Assembly: GCA_964247055.1 (NCBI GenBank)
Contig: OZ176054.1
Coordinates: forward strand, 4,898,001 to 4,962,000
Direction: 5' to 3'
Length of the DNA stretch: 64,000 nt
DNA from: Paragordius varius
Taxonomy: Eukaryota; Animalia; Nematomorpha
This document shows, piece by piece, positions 12,901 to 24,973 of the stretch. The notes beneath the pieces are model-generated. The model did not search any database. It was not told the origin of the DNA and worked only from the letters and a program-made list of their open reading frames with translations. Each line of letters starts with the position of its first letter. Positions within the stretch are counted from its first letter, which is position 1. The translations under genes and the position numbers were made by a program.

Positions 12901-15707
12901 TCAGCTCCCCCAAGCACATATATTTTCCCATTATGAACGAGCATTTGATGGTCGTATCGTTCTTTCGTCATATTTTGCAATTTAATCCATTTTCTATGTT
13001 GGAATTTATGCAATTCATTTGAGGTTTTGTTGTTCGGGAGAGTGCCTCCTGAAATAAAATAAAATTTCTGGTGATATACAGTAAAAATAGAAATTATAAG
13101 GACAAAACATAATATAAAGACATTTTTTTTCAAAAAACAACTTTACTTTTTTTAACCATAATTTTTCCCTTATAAACTATTTATAATTGTTAAATATATA
13201 ATTGATTGCGTTACAATATAAATTATCATTTCATAGTTTACAGTTTCGATGAGTTATATTAAAAAAAATTAATATATAAAAGGTATGGTTGTCTTTTAGA
13301 AAAAAATATTTTTCTCTATATTTTGTTTTGTTCGTATTTTAATTTTACTGTATTTTTACAGTATTCACTTCTATATTTAACATAAATATAAGTTTTTAAT
13401 TATGCTGGATATATATCCGTTTGGATTTACAAGCATAAGCTCAGCGAAACTTAGATCAAATTGAACATATATTTTAAACGTTTCGCTCAAATTATATGCA
13501 TTACATTCGTTAAGGTGAACTCAATAAATATTTAATAAAATGGCCATACCAGAAATATATATAATATTGTCAATTACACAGGCTGCATGGTGGCTAAGTG
13601 GATACGGTAATTCAAATCCGAATTTTGACCAAACACTGGATGCAGGATTAAATAAAAAACATTTCTTTCGCAAATCACTTTCGATCAAGGTATCGCCCGA
13701 TGTCCCACCAATACTTAGGATGTATTCTTTAGCCTAAAATACAATATATATTCTTAGCATAGTTATTATTTATTATCGCCTTTAGAAAATTGTGATTAAA
13801 TAAATTACGTTAAACAAGCTTGAACTTTTTTTCATGCATATAAGACATTGTTTGGATATCTCAGCATGTGGCGATTTTCGAGGAGGTGGTATTTCAAAAA
13901 ATACTTTATCCAATTGACCGTTTTCTTTACATGTTTGATACCTAATTGAATTATATAGTATCAACCAATTTACAGCTCCATAATTGGTTTTATATTTACA
14001 ATTTATAATTCCAATAAATTTGCTATATTTAAACAAATGAGATTTAAAGTTTTATTGCTTATTTTTCAAGCTATACTAGTTGAAAAAATTGTGTCTTGTC
14101 AAAACATATTTCAATATATTATTTTATATTTAGTAAACGAATTATTTGTATCTAGCCAAAAATTTCAAATACCTTTTATTATGACTACTTCTTTAAATCA
14201 GGTAATACAAATCGCTTTGTGGGCCGCATTTTCGCTTCATCTGACGGGTCGCATTCGTCATATATATTTAGGCATTAATCAATATTTTATTAAATTTCAA
14301 ACATACATAAACTGTACAGTAAGGGAACTTAATTGAAAAAAATTGGTAAAACTTTGTATTTGAGAACCCGCGGGTTTTGGAGGGTCGAATGTTACACGCC
14401 TCTGCTTTAAACTATGCATAAATTCAAAAGTAAAATATTTTGATTCAATATTTGTTTATGTAAAAAACTTAAAGGGATTGGAGTACCAAAATGCCTTGTG
14501 AAAATGATGTGCACAAAATGGACTCAATCCCAAATATTCTTTCCCATCCTCTAATGCCAATAGCAAATCCGGAACATCAATATAAACCATACGGACACGT
14601 TCAAATATCTCATTACTGAATTTCATTCGTCCTTCTTTGTCAGCATGAATCCATCGAATAGCTGCTCTTAGAACATCTACCTATTGAATAAAATATTTTA
14701 GATTTTTCAAATTTGGACATTTACTTCATAGTATTATACAGCACGGCCTGATTCAAACAATAACTTCTAACAGGTGTAAAAATATTATTTACTAACCAAA
14801 AATTAAAAAACCTAGGCCAAATTGGTCCGGATTTTAAAATAGGAAAGTTTGAACCAGAATCAATTATATATAATCAATTAATTGGCTTTACGGTAAAATA
14901 TCATCAGTTTAATTTAAAGTGTATGTTATGGATTTTACTTAACACTTTGATACAAATTAAAGTATCTAAATACCCTAGACTATATTTAAGTGATATTTTA
15001 ACAAACTAGTGAAAGACGGTCTTAATTTAAAATTCAACTTCTATCCTAATAAAAAATATACAAATAAGTAATATCAAAATAAAATTTAGCTTTGAAAAAA
15101 CGTCCCATATTAAACTACTTCGACGCAATTTTACAACTTTTTTGCAAACTATCGTGTTTATTTAATTTTTAATAAATTAAAGCTATTTTGTTTAAATCAC
15201 ATCAAACATTGATAGAAAGAGAAAAAGTAGTTTATGTGTTATTTTAAAATTAAACTAATGCACACATGTAATGTAGACTAAATTTTAACTTTGGGTATTA
15301 TTTTAAAATAAGTTATATTAAGTATATTTGAATATTTATTTTATATTTCCGTTCATTAATGTTATATAAATGCAAACTTTTGTAATGGTTACAATTTATT
15401 CCATATTTTTTGAAATATTTAATTTTAAACAGGCTTGGGGTATCTAACGACCCCAATTTGTATCGAAGGATTGAAATAAATGTGTTGTATCCAAGAGTTA
15501 AAAGAAATTAATAAATACCTCTTTGTCAACAGATAAATAATCATTTTCCAATAATTTTTTTATGTTGGATGCGTCAAGCTCAATGAAAGTTTTACTACAT
15601 ACCAAATCAATAAATTTTTCCGTTAAAATTCTTTGATATTTATCATCAAGAACTGTGAGAGCCGGTACTTTTTTTAACTCGTCCAATGCTTTATATATAT
15701 CATCCAT
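9921..15707 (-). CDS. Kelch-like protein (BACK domain + six Kelch repeats, 479 aa), apparently intact; no BTB exon found
   Basis: Exons 15519-15707, 14487-14680, 13809-13941, 13550-13733, 12889-13048, 10959-11159, 10172-10383, 9921-10087. All GT-AG and phase-compatible, 1440 nt ending in TAA. BACK-like TFIELD..LLENDYLSV..EVDVLRAAIRWIH and VRMV, followed by six GG Kelch motifs (ILSIGG, IYISGG, IYVLGG, IWISGG, LYVIGG, IYIMGG). Confidence 0.88.
11417..11519 (+). ncRNA. Candidate type I hammerhead ribozyme, antisense in Kelch intron 5
   Basis: CTGATGA (11455-61), stem II GTGCT/AGCAC with loop AACA, GAAA (11476-79), stem III GTAGTC/GATTAC, U-A cleavage site (11495-96), imperfect stem I. An outer helix pairs CGATATGTGAAAACCC with GGGTTTCATATATCG. 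Confidence 0.72.
11679..12272. mobile_element. Right half of a TA-flanked Tc1/mariner-like fold-back MITE (unit 1 only)
   Basis: Ends TTTTTGCACACAGTG|TATA. Matches the centre and right arm of 36873-38043. Confidence 0.75.
12335..12850. repeat. Dispersed repeat, family unknown; second copy at 53088-53590
   Basis: aaaatgatccacatatg...ttcacacggggtgggcccgaatcg...ttttccat matches 53088-53590 at a non-syntenic position. ORFs 12546-12866 and 12607-12843 lie in it and have no recognisable motif. Confidence 0.8.
14943..15497. mobile_element. TTAA-flanked piggyBac-like MITE in Kelch intron 1 (shared by both units)
   Basis: TTAA|CACTTTGATACAA ... TTGTATCCAAGAG|TTAA. Ends 21 nt from the exon 1 donor. 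Confidence 0.75.
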
Positions 15708-15939
15708 TGGTGTTTATATAGCATAAATTAGAACACAACTACACATGATTAAAAAATTAATATTAAAAAAATTTTATGATTTAAACAGGACCATTTTGCT
15801 TGGATAGCAGCGAAATTCTTCAGTTACCCTGTAATGATATTAAATTTGAATAATACCGGGCTCATTATCCGAATAAAAAAAAGAGAATTTTGTTTTGTAA
15901 TTTAATTATTAAAACATATATCGGAGCTAATAATATACC

Positions 15940-16581
15940 ATTTGCACTTCAAGAGTGTCCTTTGACTTCAAGTTGGTCCTTGAACAGTTCAAGTTGGTCC
16001 TTAAACAGTTCAAGTTGGTCCTTAAACATTTCAAGCTGGTCTTAAAATTTTGAATTTTGATTTAACCATAATTTTTGCATTATTTTTTATTTTATTATTT
16101 ATTAACCTAATTTTCTTTATTTATTATGTATTTATTCATTTAAAAAATAAAAATTTATATTGAACCACTTTTTTGTTTCAAACTATTTTTTTTCTATTAA
16201 ATAAAACTATTAACTTTTAAATGATTATAATAAAAAATTTTAATTAATAACCCAGAAAACTTATATTTTTTCATTTCGTAACTTATAAATATCGAATATT
16301 ATTTTAAGAAATTAATAAAGATATACAGTTTCTCAAAGAAAAAAAGTTGATATCGATTTAAAATTTATGTTAAATAATAGAAAATAGGTTAAAAACAATC
16401 AAATAGATATATTATTTACGATTTGATTGATATAAGTTAAAAACAAAACAAAAAGTCAAAGGACAAAAAACTGTTTAAGGACAACTTGAAATGTTCAAGG
16501 ACCAACTTGAACTGTTCAAGGACCAACTTGAAATGTTTAAGGACCAACTTGAAGTGTCAAGGACACTCTTGAAGTGCAAAT
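15940..16581. mobile_element. MITE with ~30-bp TIRs and ~20-bp subterminal tandem repeats (unit 1 only)
   Basis: ATTTGCACTTCAAGAGTGTCCTT ... AAGGACACTCTTGAAGTGCAAAT, with inverted arrays of ttcaagttggtccttaaaca. Empty site at ~52350. Confidence 0.85.
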
Positions 16582-16776
16582 ATTATAATATATATTTAAT
16601 TAATTAATTATTTGGTTTAGTCAACAATATAATCTTCGATATTTAACTATTCATTACCTTTTTACGTCCTCATTTTGGGTAGTTTTATATCCCACCCGAT
16701 TTTGTATATAAAATACAGTTTTGAAAGTTATTTTAGTTAAAATTTAATTATCAGACACTGTTCTCATGTACTAGAT

Positions 16777-18476
16777 CAGGGCTTCTTAAACTATGGGTCG
16801 CGACTAGGATTTTGCTGACCTGGTCGTAACTACTTATTTTTTAACCACGGTCATTTAAAAAAACAGCTGTTTTTTTGAACAATTGCTAGTATTTTTAGAA
16901 GAGAGATAGTAAGATTTTATTTTTTAATATATTTTTTTAAAAATAAAAATTAAATATTTAAATATACCTTAACAATACAATAAAAATTGTTAAACATGCA
17001 TCGTTATAACATTTGCATTTAAGCAATTCCAGTTATTTCCAAAAACAAAACAATCAGGCACTTTACAAAATATGCAATTATTCCATACCAATAAATGAAA
17101 AATCCTATAATTTAATATTTTATGAAAGAAAATGTAAGACAAACTAGGTAGAATTTTATTTGAAATATCCATTATTAAAAGCTATGTTTTGAAGATTCGG
17201 AAGGCCACAAACATGTGGCAAAATTCAATTAAAAACAAATTTCTTGATTATATTTGATTGAAAATATTTGTAAGTAAAACTTTTAAGAAAAAACATGACA
17301 TTATTAGTGAAACGCAAACGTAACTCGAATATTATTTTGACAATCCAATATCGCATGATACTTACTTAAGTAAAAGGTGGTCATGACCATGGTACTGCCA
17401 CCGGACATTTTTGAAAAAGCCGTCAAATGCCCAACCTTAGCCGCGACCCCATTTGGGGTCGTCAGTGATCAAAATACAATTATACAAGAAATGTTTTCTT
17501 GTATAATATAGATATAAGAAAAATAACAATCATCGTAGATAATAAAACCGAATAATCCAGATAAATATTATCAACAAAATTTTTAAGTGTTATTTCGAAG
17601 AAACTATATAAGGTCGTGTTATTATCATTTACATTGTATGATTGTGAAGAAGAGCATGTTATTCCGTATTAGTCAGTTCAAAAAAATTTACCATTTATAC
17701 TCGTGTTGGAATTACCACCAACCAGTTAAATAAATTTACAGGTTATGCAAAAACTATTGTAGATCACTTAAAAGCGCTAGAAAAGCAGTCCCGGACATAT
17801 TTTATATTAAATATTGATAAAAGTCGTTTTGGATTGGCTAAAGTGAGATGGATCATCTGCCACAAACTCAAGAGGAATTTACTGAGCTTTCATGTGATTT
17901 AAACTTAAAACTACAATCCCAAAAAAGCCCTTGACTGAATTCTGGATCGGAACTAGAACTGAATTTCCCGCAATCGCCAATATGGCGTTAAATGTAGTTC
18001 TGCCATTCAACACTAGATATTTATGGGAAGTTACTTTTTAGCTTTAACACACATTATATCCTAATATCGTTCAGCGATTAAAAATGTTGAATAGGTCTTA
18101 CGTCCGGCAGTTTCAGATATTACACCAAGATTTGATTTGTTATGCAATAAAAAACAGGCACATCCATATCTAAATTTTTAACGTAAATTTAATTTAATAT
18201 TTACCGGGCAACTACTTGGATATATCGAGAGAATTAAGACGGTCAGAATCAACTTTTGGTTTTGAAACTATAATAAACACATTTCTATAACATTTTGTGC
18301 AAATCTCAAATTTATATTTATATGAGTCTCAAAACGTATTCTAAAAATATATTTTCATATGCATTTGTATATTGTTCCCTAATAAATATATTATCAAAAA
18401 ATACTAATTTATTTTACATTTGTTGGGGTCGTTAAAAAACTCGCCATCATTAATGGGGTCAGGAGTTACAAAAGTT
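16777..18476 (+). mobile_element. Internally deleted Buster/Charlie-type hAT element with a transposase C-terminal relic
   Basis: Starts CAGGGCTTCTTAAACTATGGGTCGCGAC. 17870-18172 reads QEEFTELSCD..LTEFW..EFPAIANMALNVVLPFNTRYLWEVTF..KKQAHP with stops. Right end is truncated (ggggtc..aaaagtt). Confidence 0.8.
16805..17439. mobile_element. hAT MITE nested in the Buster-like element (unit 1 only)
   Basis: TAGGATTTTGCTGACC...GCCCAACCTTA with near-perfect 8-bp TSD GTCGCGAC/GCCGCGAC. Same family as 43760-44271 in opposite orientation. Empty site at ~52560. Confidence 0.85.
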
Positions 18477-20934
18477 TCCTTGTTTTATACCATAGAGATA
18501 TATGATTTAAATATCTTAAAAATAATTTTAATTCGGCCAAACTCATTATAGTCTCTTAGCCTTTTAGGCGTGTGATACAAACAATATTTAAAAAATCTAA
18601 AATTCTAAAAAAATCCTCAACTCCAAATTTCTCGCGGCAATTTCGTTAATTTTATTAAAATTACTAATAAAACAGCAAGAACAAATTTTAACTTTTTTTA
18701 ACTGCCATTTTTGTAAATTTAAAATTTATTTTATTTAAGTACACATCTGAAAAGAAAATTGGTCTAGAATGCAAGAATTTTTTTATATTAGAGTTTATCG
18801 ATAATTTTTGGCCCCGATTTAACATTAAACTCGAAATTTCGAAAATTTAAAGTTTTAGATATCAAGCCATGTATATCATTCGAAAGAGCGCAAAAAACTG
18901 CATCATTTAAATGGTAGTAAGTCATTTAAATCAATCGGATGTAAAAGTTATTTGGATTTAAATGGTCAGAATTTTCTATCAAGTCAAGAATTTTCACAGA
19001 CAAACTAATTTAAAAATCATATAAATTATTTTAATATAATTATTAGGGTTATATTAGTATTTAATTTAATAAAAATTTTTAGAAAAGCTTTTGGTTTGCT
19101 TTTTTAATAAAAATTATTATTATCATAAATATTTTACCTAGTGGATACTAAAATGCATAGTTATAACTGTCAATTTATTACAAAATGGCTATAAAAGATC
19201 AAAAGTACCTAATTTAAAATTTCGAAATTATCAGCCTTGTAAAGAAAATAAATTAATATTGATGAGATGGTAATTTTTAAAAAACAAAAAACTTAAAAAT
19301 GGCTGTTTTGAGTGACATAAAAGCAATAAAAAATGTTTTAATCAAAAAAACTTTCTTGTGTATCTTTTTTTAGACATTCATCACCATCTATTCAAAGTTT
19401 GAGCTATTTCCATTAGTTTTAAAATATAATAATTAAAAAAAATGATCTCGCTTCGCGCGTTTGTCGCTCTTTGTGTCCAATATTAACTGTCGATGTAATA
19501 CATATTAGTATGCATTTTATAGAGTTTTTATTACTCTTTCGAATGATATATAAATATGTATTACTTGTATATTTTCAAAGAAATACATTTTTTAGAAAAA
19601 TTTCAAAAAAATCAAATTATACAAAATTCTTCCATCGAGCTATAATTTTTATTTTGGATTTACTGTTAAAATGATAATAATTATCAAAAAATGCAAAAAA
19701 TTCAGAAAAATTTGTTGTCCATTGTTATGATTAGAAAATATATATTAATAACTTTGAAAAGATTTTATACAGCAAATTTTTGACAGTTGTTGATTTTATT
19801 ATGAGGTGTTTGCTTCAATCATGAAAAATTTATCGCAAATTTATTTAAGAGAATCAATTGCATTAGATGTAAATCGTATTTAGGATTTCTCTTGCAGAAT
19901 GGAGGGCCGCGTTTTGGACGTTCTATATGATTCAAAAAAGATTTAAGAATTAAATAAAAAATTTTGGGATATATGCACGAAAGTGGAAATAGCGTGTAAT
20001 TTTAACAAAACCTCCTCGATACAGAAAAAAAATCTATCGATTGAGTTGTTTAGAGACTTTGTCACCCAAAAGTCAGGATCAAAAATATCGACAAAATATT
20101 TAATCATAATTTTCGGGAATAAAACTCCAAAAAACTACGTCAACATAAGTCATAATCTGCATCGAATTGTTTAAAAATTAATATAAATTGAAGAAATTGT
20201 TGTTTACGACGTTATCGCAAGTTTAGTTTACTCAAATAAGTTAAAGTGAAATTTTTTCGCTTAGATTCTTGCATAACTCTTTCTAGGCGCTTCTAAAAAA
20301 GCGTTTTTGTTTATTGCATAATTTTTATAAGACGAAATGTACGGCAATAATTTAATTTTTTAAAGGTAAAAACAAGTAAAACTAAAATACCAGTTTTTCT
20401 AATATTTTAACCACATTTAGCATTTGGATCTCCAATATTCTGATTTAAAATATTATTATAAATAAAAAGTTATAGCTCAATTTTTTTCCAAAATTAAATT
20501 ACACATAAATATTTATATAATAATTCCGCATCTAAATTTGAATCATCAACCAGATTTTACTACAGTACGAATACTTACGAGTAAAATAAAAAACAATTTA
20601 ATGAAGTTGCGAAAAATCATTTTTAATTTTAAAGTATTTTAAAATTATCGGAATTTATTATTTTTTATTTTCATATACCTACGCTACTTAAAATGGGCTG
20701 TGATAACATTTTTAATTTTTATAATTACTGATTTACAGTTTTCTTGAAATTTAAAATACTTAATGATTAAAACTCGTTCAATTTATGATATCAACTATTA
20801 ACCGTAATAATATTCATCGAAACATAGTTGTATAAATAAAATCAAAGGTAAACTATTTACTTTTCTAGACTTTTGTTTGCATAATACACAGGCAATATTT
20901 GTTGATTTTGATTAAATAACTAAAATGTTTTTAA

Positions 20935-20939
<5 letters not shown>

Positions 20940-20982
<43 letters not shown>
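20940..20982. repeat. (TA)n microsatellite (others at ~3430, 12275, 31200, 48680, 53780, 57470, 60780)
   Basis: Directly visible. Confidence 0.95.
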
Positions 20983-20985
<3 letters not shown>

Positions 20986-21746
20986 TAATATATATAAAAA
21001 AATTCACAGAATTCGCTCTCAAACATTTACGTGATCAACTTGATTTCGGTATTGAGAAAACCGATTTCCGCCTATTGTATTTTTGTTGAAAATAAGCACC
21101 AGCATTATCAATTTTAGGTTATATTTAGCAACATTCATCTTCGCTGAAATTTAAGGGCTTGATTACATTATTTTTTTCCCTTTTTGTGGGTTACTTTTTG
21201 CTGTAGTTTTAAAATCTCAGAGCTTGTTTTAATTACAGTTTCCAAAGTTTAGCTTAAATTTAATTATCAAACATTGTTCTCATGTATTAGATAAAAAGCC
21301 TTTATATTTAAAGTTTTGTGACTTCTAAACCCAAAATTAGGACAACTCTAAAGATTGAATGAAAAGCTGATATTAAAATCAAAATGATCAAATTTTTGCT
21401 GGTAAATGTAGCCTAAAAGCTTTTTAAAGTTAATATTTTACATTTTCTAACCATAATATAAATTTATTTGCCTCTTGCATCAGCGATTTAAAAAAATTCG
21501 CGGAAAAAATCTTTGAGATTAGGATTATTTTACACTTTGACAATTTTTTAAATCGTGTATAATGCGCCTTACAGGCTAAAGAAAGGATTTGAAATTTACC
21601 TAATATTTTAAATTTTTAATACATTAAACTTCAAATCGCTCTGGGATATAAAACTACCACAAACGCTAATGGATTGTTAATTCTTTTGTTCAGAAATATT
21701 ACTTTGTTGGAATTTAGGTTTATTTATCCATTATATAATCCATATA

Positions 21747-24700
21747 TAGGGTGACCAGACGTCCCGCTTTTTCACACTGTGTCCCGCGTCCCGCTACGTT
21801 TTCAAAATGTCCCACTTTTTCACGACTTTATAAGAAAAAAATTTAAACACATTTATTTTTTAAAAAAATTTTTTTTATCCGTTTAAATTATTTTTTTAGA
21901 TTTTGTATCATATGATTATACACTTTGCTTCCTACTGCCAACATTATCAAAAAGACAAATTAATACCACAAATCGGTAGCTTATATGTTTACTCCAGGAT
22001 ATTAAGGTAATATAATATTTTTTTTACTAATATAGTTTAAAAATAATTACAAAAAGATGTTGTAAATTCAACGATGAATTAATGAAAGAATTTCCCTTTA
22101 TAAAAAAAAACGAAGAATGAATCATTTGTTAAATCTCGATTCACCCTAGCACATGGCGGCAAGCATGATATTACAAAGCATATGGAAACACAGAAACATA
22201 AAAAATGTTTAAATATGGCGGCATCATCTTCAAAATATTATTATCGAAAACCGCTCTTGGAGAGGAAGAAAAGAATTTGGCACTAGTTGAGGGCGTTTTA
22301 TCTTTCCACGCTGTTAATCACAATCATTCCTTTAGATCTATGGACTGTACCTCACAGGTTATTCGCACGTTATTCCATAAAAAATTTACATGTGCCCGTA
22401 CAAAGGCTGAAGCCATTGTGTGCAATGCCCTTTCGTTACATGCATTTTCTGAAATACAAGATTTGCTGAAAATTAATTTCTTATCCCTATACTCTGATGC
22501 ATCAAATCACCATGAAACAAAATTATTTCCCACTTTAATAAGATATTTTGATTCAGAAACCTGAGTAAAAATTAAAATTTTTGATTTAATTTCTCTACCC
22601 GGTGAAAATTCCGAAATAATATTTACTTCAATAATGCATATTCTAGAAAAAAATAATTTAAAAGACAAAATTATCGCATATTGCGCTGACAACACCAATA
22701 CGAACTTTGGTGAAAAAGCAAGGAGGGTAACAAAAAATATTTTTCATAAATTAACAGATAATCTTAATCAAAACATTATTGGCGTTGGGTGTACAGCGCA
22801 TATAATACACAACGCTATTCTAACAGCTGCTGATTTGTTACCCTAGATGTGGAAATGTAGTTGTTAAAATATATTCCTATTTTTATATATAGACTTACTC
22901 GTTAAAACGCTTAAGGAATTCTGTGAAAATGCAGAAGTTCAATAGAAAAAACGCTTAGATATTGTAAAACTCATTGGTAAGCTCTTCTGCCAGCTATCGA
23001 AATCTTTTAAAAATGTATGATCATTTAAAATCATATTTTTTATCACAGGACAAATGTCCTACAACTTTGGAAAGTTTTTTGAAAGTGATTATACAAAAAT
23101 ATGATTAGAGTTCCCAGATAATCAAATTTCTGTCTTTTAGCATGTTATTAAATTGATAGAAGGTGACAAGATTTCGGCGATCTAAGTAGCCAATGAAGTT
23201 AGTAACCTAAAATTCCAATGTCAAAAAAGGTTAAAAATAATTTTATACCATTAACCATTCGTATTATAAATAATTTAGAAAAACAAGGCTTAATAAATCG
23301 TCAAGGTGTCCTTACTATATAAAAATGTTTTTTACAAACTGTAGAGATTATTTGGAAGACTGGACGGTGCAATTCAATGATATTTATCAATTTCATTGGA
23401 TAACATTAAGAATTTAATTAGTGCGAGGTTTAAAAAGAATTTGATTACATCTGCATCTCCCAAAAATTCCCTAGTTAAAAAATATATTAATAATGAAAAA
23501 CTTAAATTATGGACAACAAAATACAGTAGAAAAGAAATGGTTAGAAATATTTCATCATTTTGAAACAAACTATGTTCTATACAATATTTTAAAAATTGTG
23601 GAATTTGCACTATCTTTGCCAGGAACCAACGCTGCTACTGAGCGTGTTTTCCACAGTAAATCAGGGTGGACATCGAAATATCAAATTTAATTGTTGAAAC
23701 TTTAAATGCCATTTTATCTGTCAAATATAATTTGACAAATTTTTGCGAAGACTTCTACAACATTTTAAATGATGGCATTCTGCTAAAACGCCTTCACTCA
23801 AATAAAAAATATACCAAAGAATAAAATATGTTCTTATATTTATAAAGTTTAAGTCTTCATAATAATTTGTCAAATTATATTTGAACACATAAAATGGCAT
23901 TTAAAGTTTCAACATTTAAAATTTGATTTTTCCGTGTCCACACTTGATTTACTGTTGAAAAACGCGTTCAATAGCAGTGGTTCCAGGTAAAGATAAAGCA
24001 AATTCTAAAATTTTTTAAATATTATTGTATAGAATACAGTTATTCAAAATGATCATTTTTAACCATTTCTATTCTACTGTAATTTTTTTCTGTTGTCCAT
24101 AATTTAAGTTTTCATTATCAATATATTTATTTAATAATGATACATCAGAAAAAAAGGGTCATTGAATTGCACCGTCTTGTCTATTAAATATTATTTTCAG
24201 TTTGTATAAAACATTTTTATATCCTGGCTATTCATTGAGCCTTTTTCTGGATGATTTAGAATATGATTAGGTAATGATATAAATTAAACTTTTCTTGACT
24301 TGGAATTTTAGACATTTGTCCTGTGATAAAAAATAGGATTCTAGGCGATTTTTTAAATTTTTTTTATAGCTGGCAAAAGAGCTAACCAACGAGTTCTACA
24401 ATATCCAAGCATTTTAACAACTACATTTTCCACATCCAGGGGTAACAAATAGCAGCTGTTTGATAAGCGTTGTGTATCCGCCAATAATGTTTTGAATAAG
24501 ATTATTTGCTAAATTATTAGAAATAATTTTGTGCCGCTCTTTGCATTTCCACCCAGCGCACTTTGCGATGATTTTGTCTTTTAAATTATTTTTTTCAGAA
24601 TATTCATTATTGAAGTAAAATTTATGTCAGAATTTTCATTGGGCAGAGAATAAGAGTGGGAAATAATTTTGTGCATCAGAATATAGCGATATGAAATTTA

Positions 24701-24973
24701 TTTTCTGCAAATCTTTTTCTATTTCAGAAAATACATGTGGTGAAAGGACATTGCATACAATCTCTTTCCCCTTTGTTCGTACACATGTAAATTTGAATAA
24801 GGTGCGAATAATCTGAGACCAAGGAATAAAATATTATTTTATATTTATAATGTATTTGTGTTAAAAATAAATATATATTAAAATAAATTTTTTGTACCCG
24901 CGGCCCCATGCCCCCCCTTCCCCCCTTCTCAGATTTGTCCCGCTTTTTTTCTTGGAAAAATCTGGTCACCCTA
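21747..24973 (+). mobile_element. Full-length decayed hAT DNA transposon (unit 1 only)
   Basis: TIRs TAGGGTGACCAGA / TCTGGTCACCCTA and perfect 8-bp TSD TCCATATA (21739-46, 24974-81). Broken transposase: HGGKHDITKH, FTCARTK, LYSDASN, YCADNTNTNFG, GCTAHIIHN, LSLPGTNAATERVF. Confidence 0.95.

Noticed and set aside
13540-13737. Plus-strand ORF conserved in both units (also 49514-49711)
   Set aside because: It is the antisense shadow of Kelch exon 4, which reads a clear Kelch repeat on the minus strand.
14890-14915. CTGATGA on the minus strand as a second hammerhead
   Set aside because: No stem II followed by GAAA.
15940-16581. Regular ~20-bp repeats as a CRISPR array
   Set aside because: No unique spacers, arranged as inverted subterminal arrays of a MITE, eukaryotic context. 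The same applies to 33690-33760 and 42115-42355.
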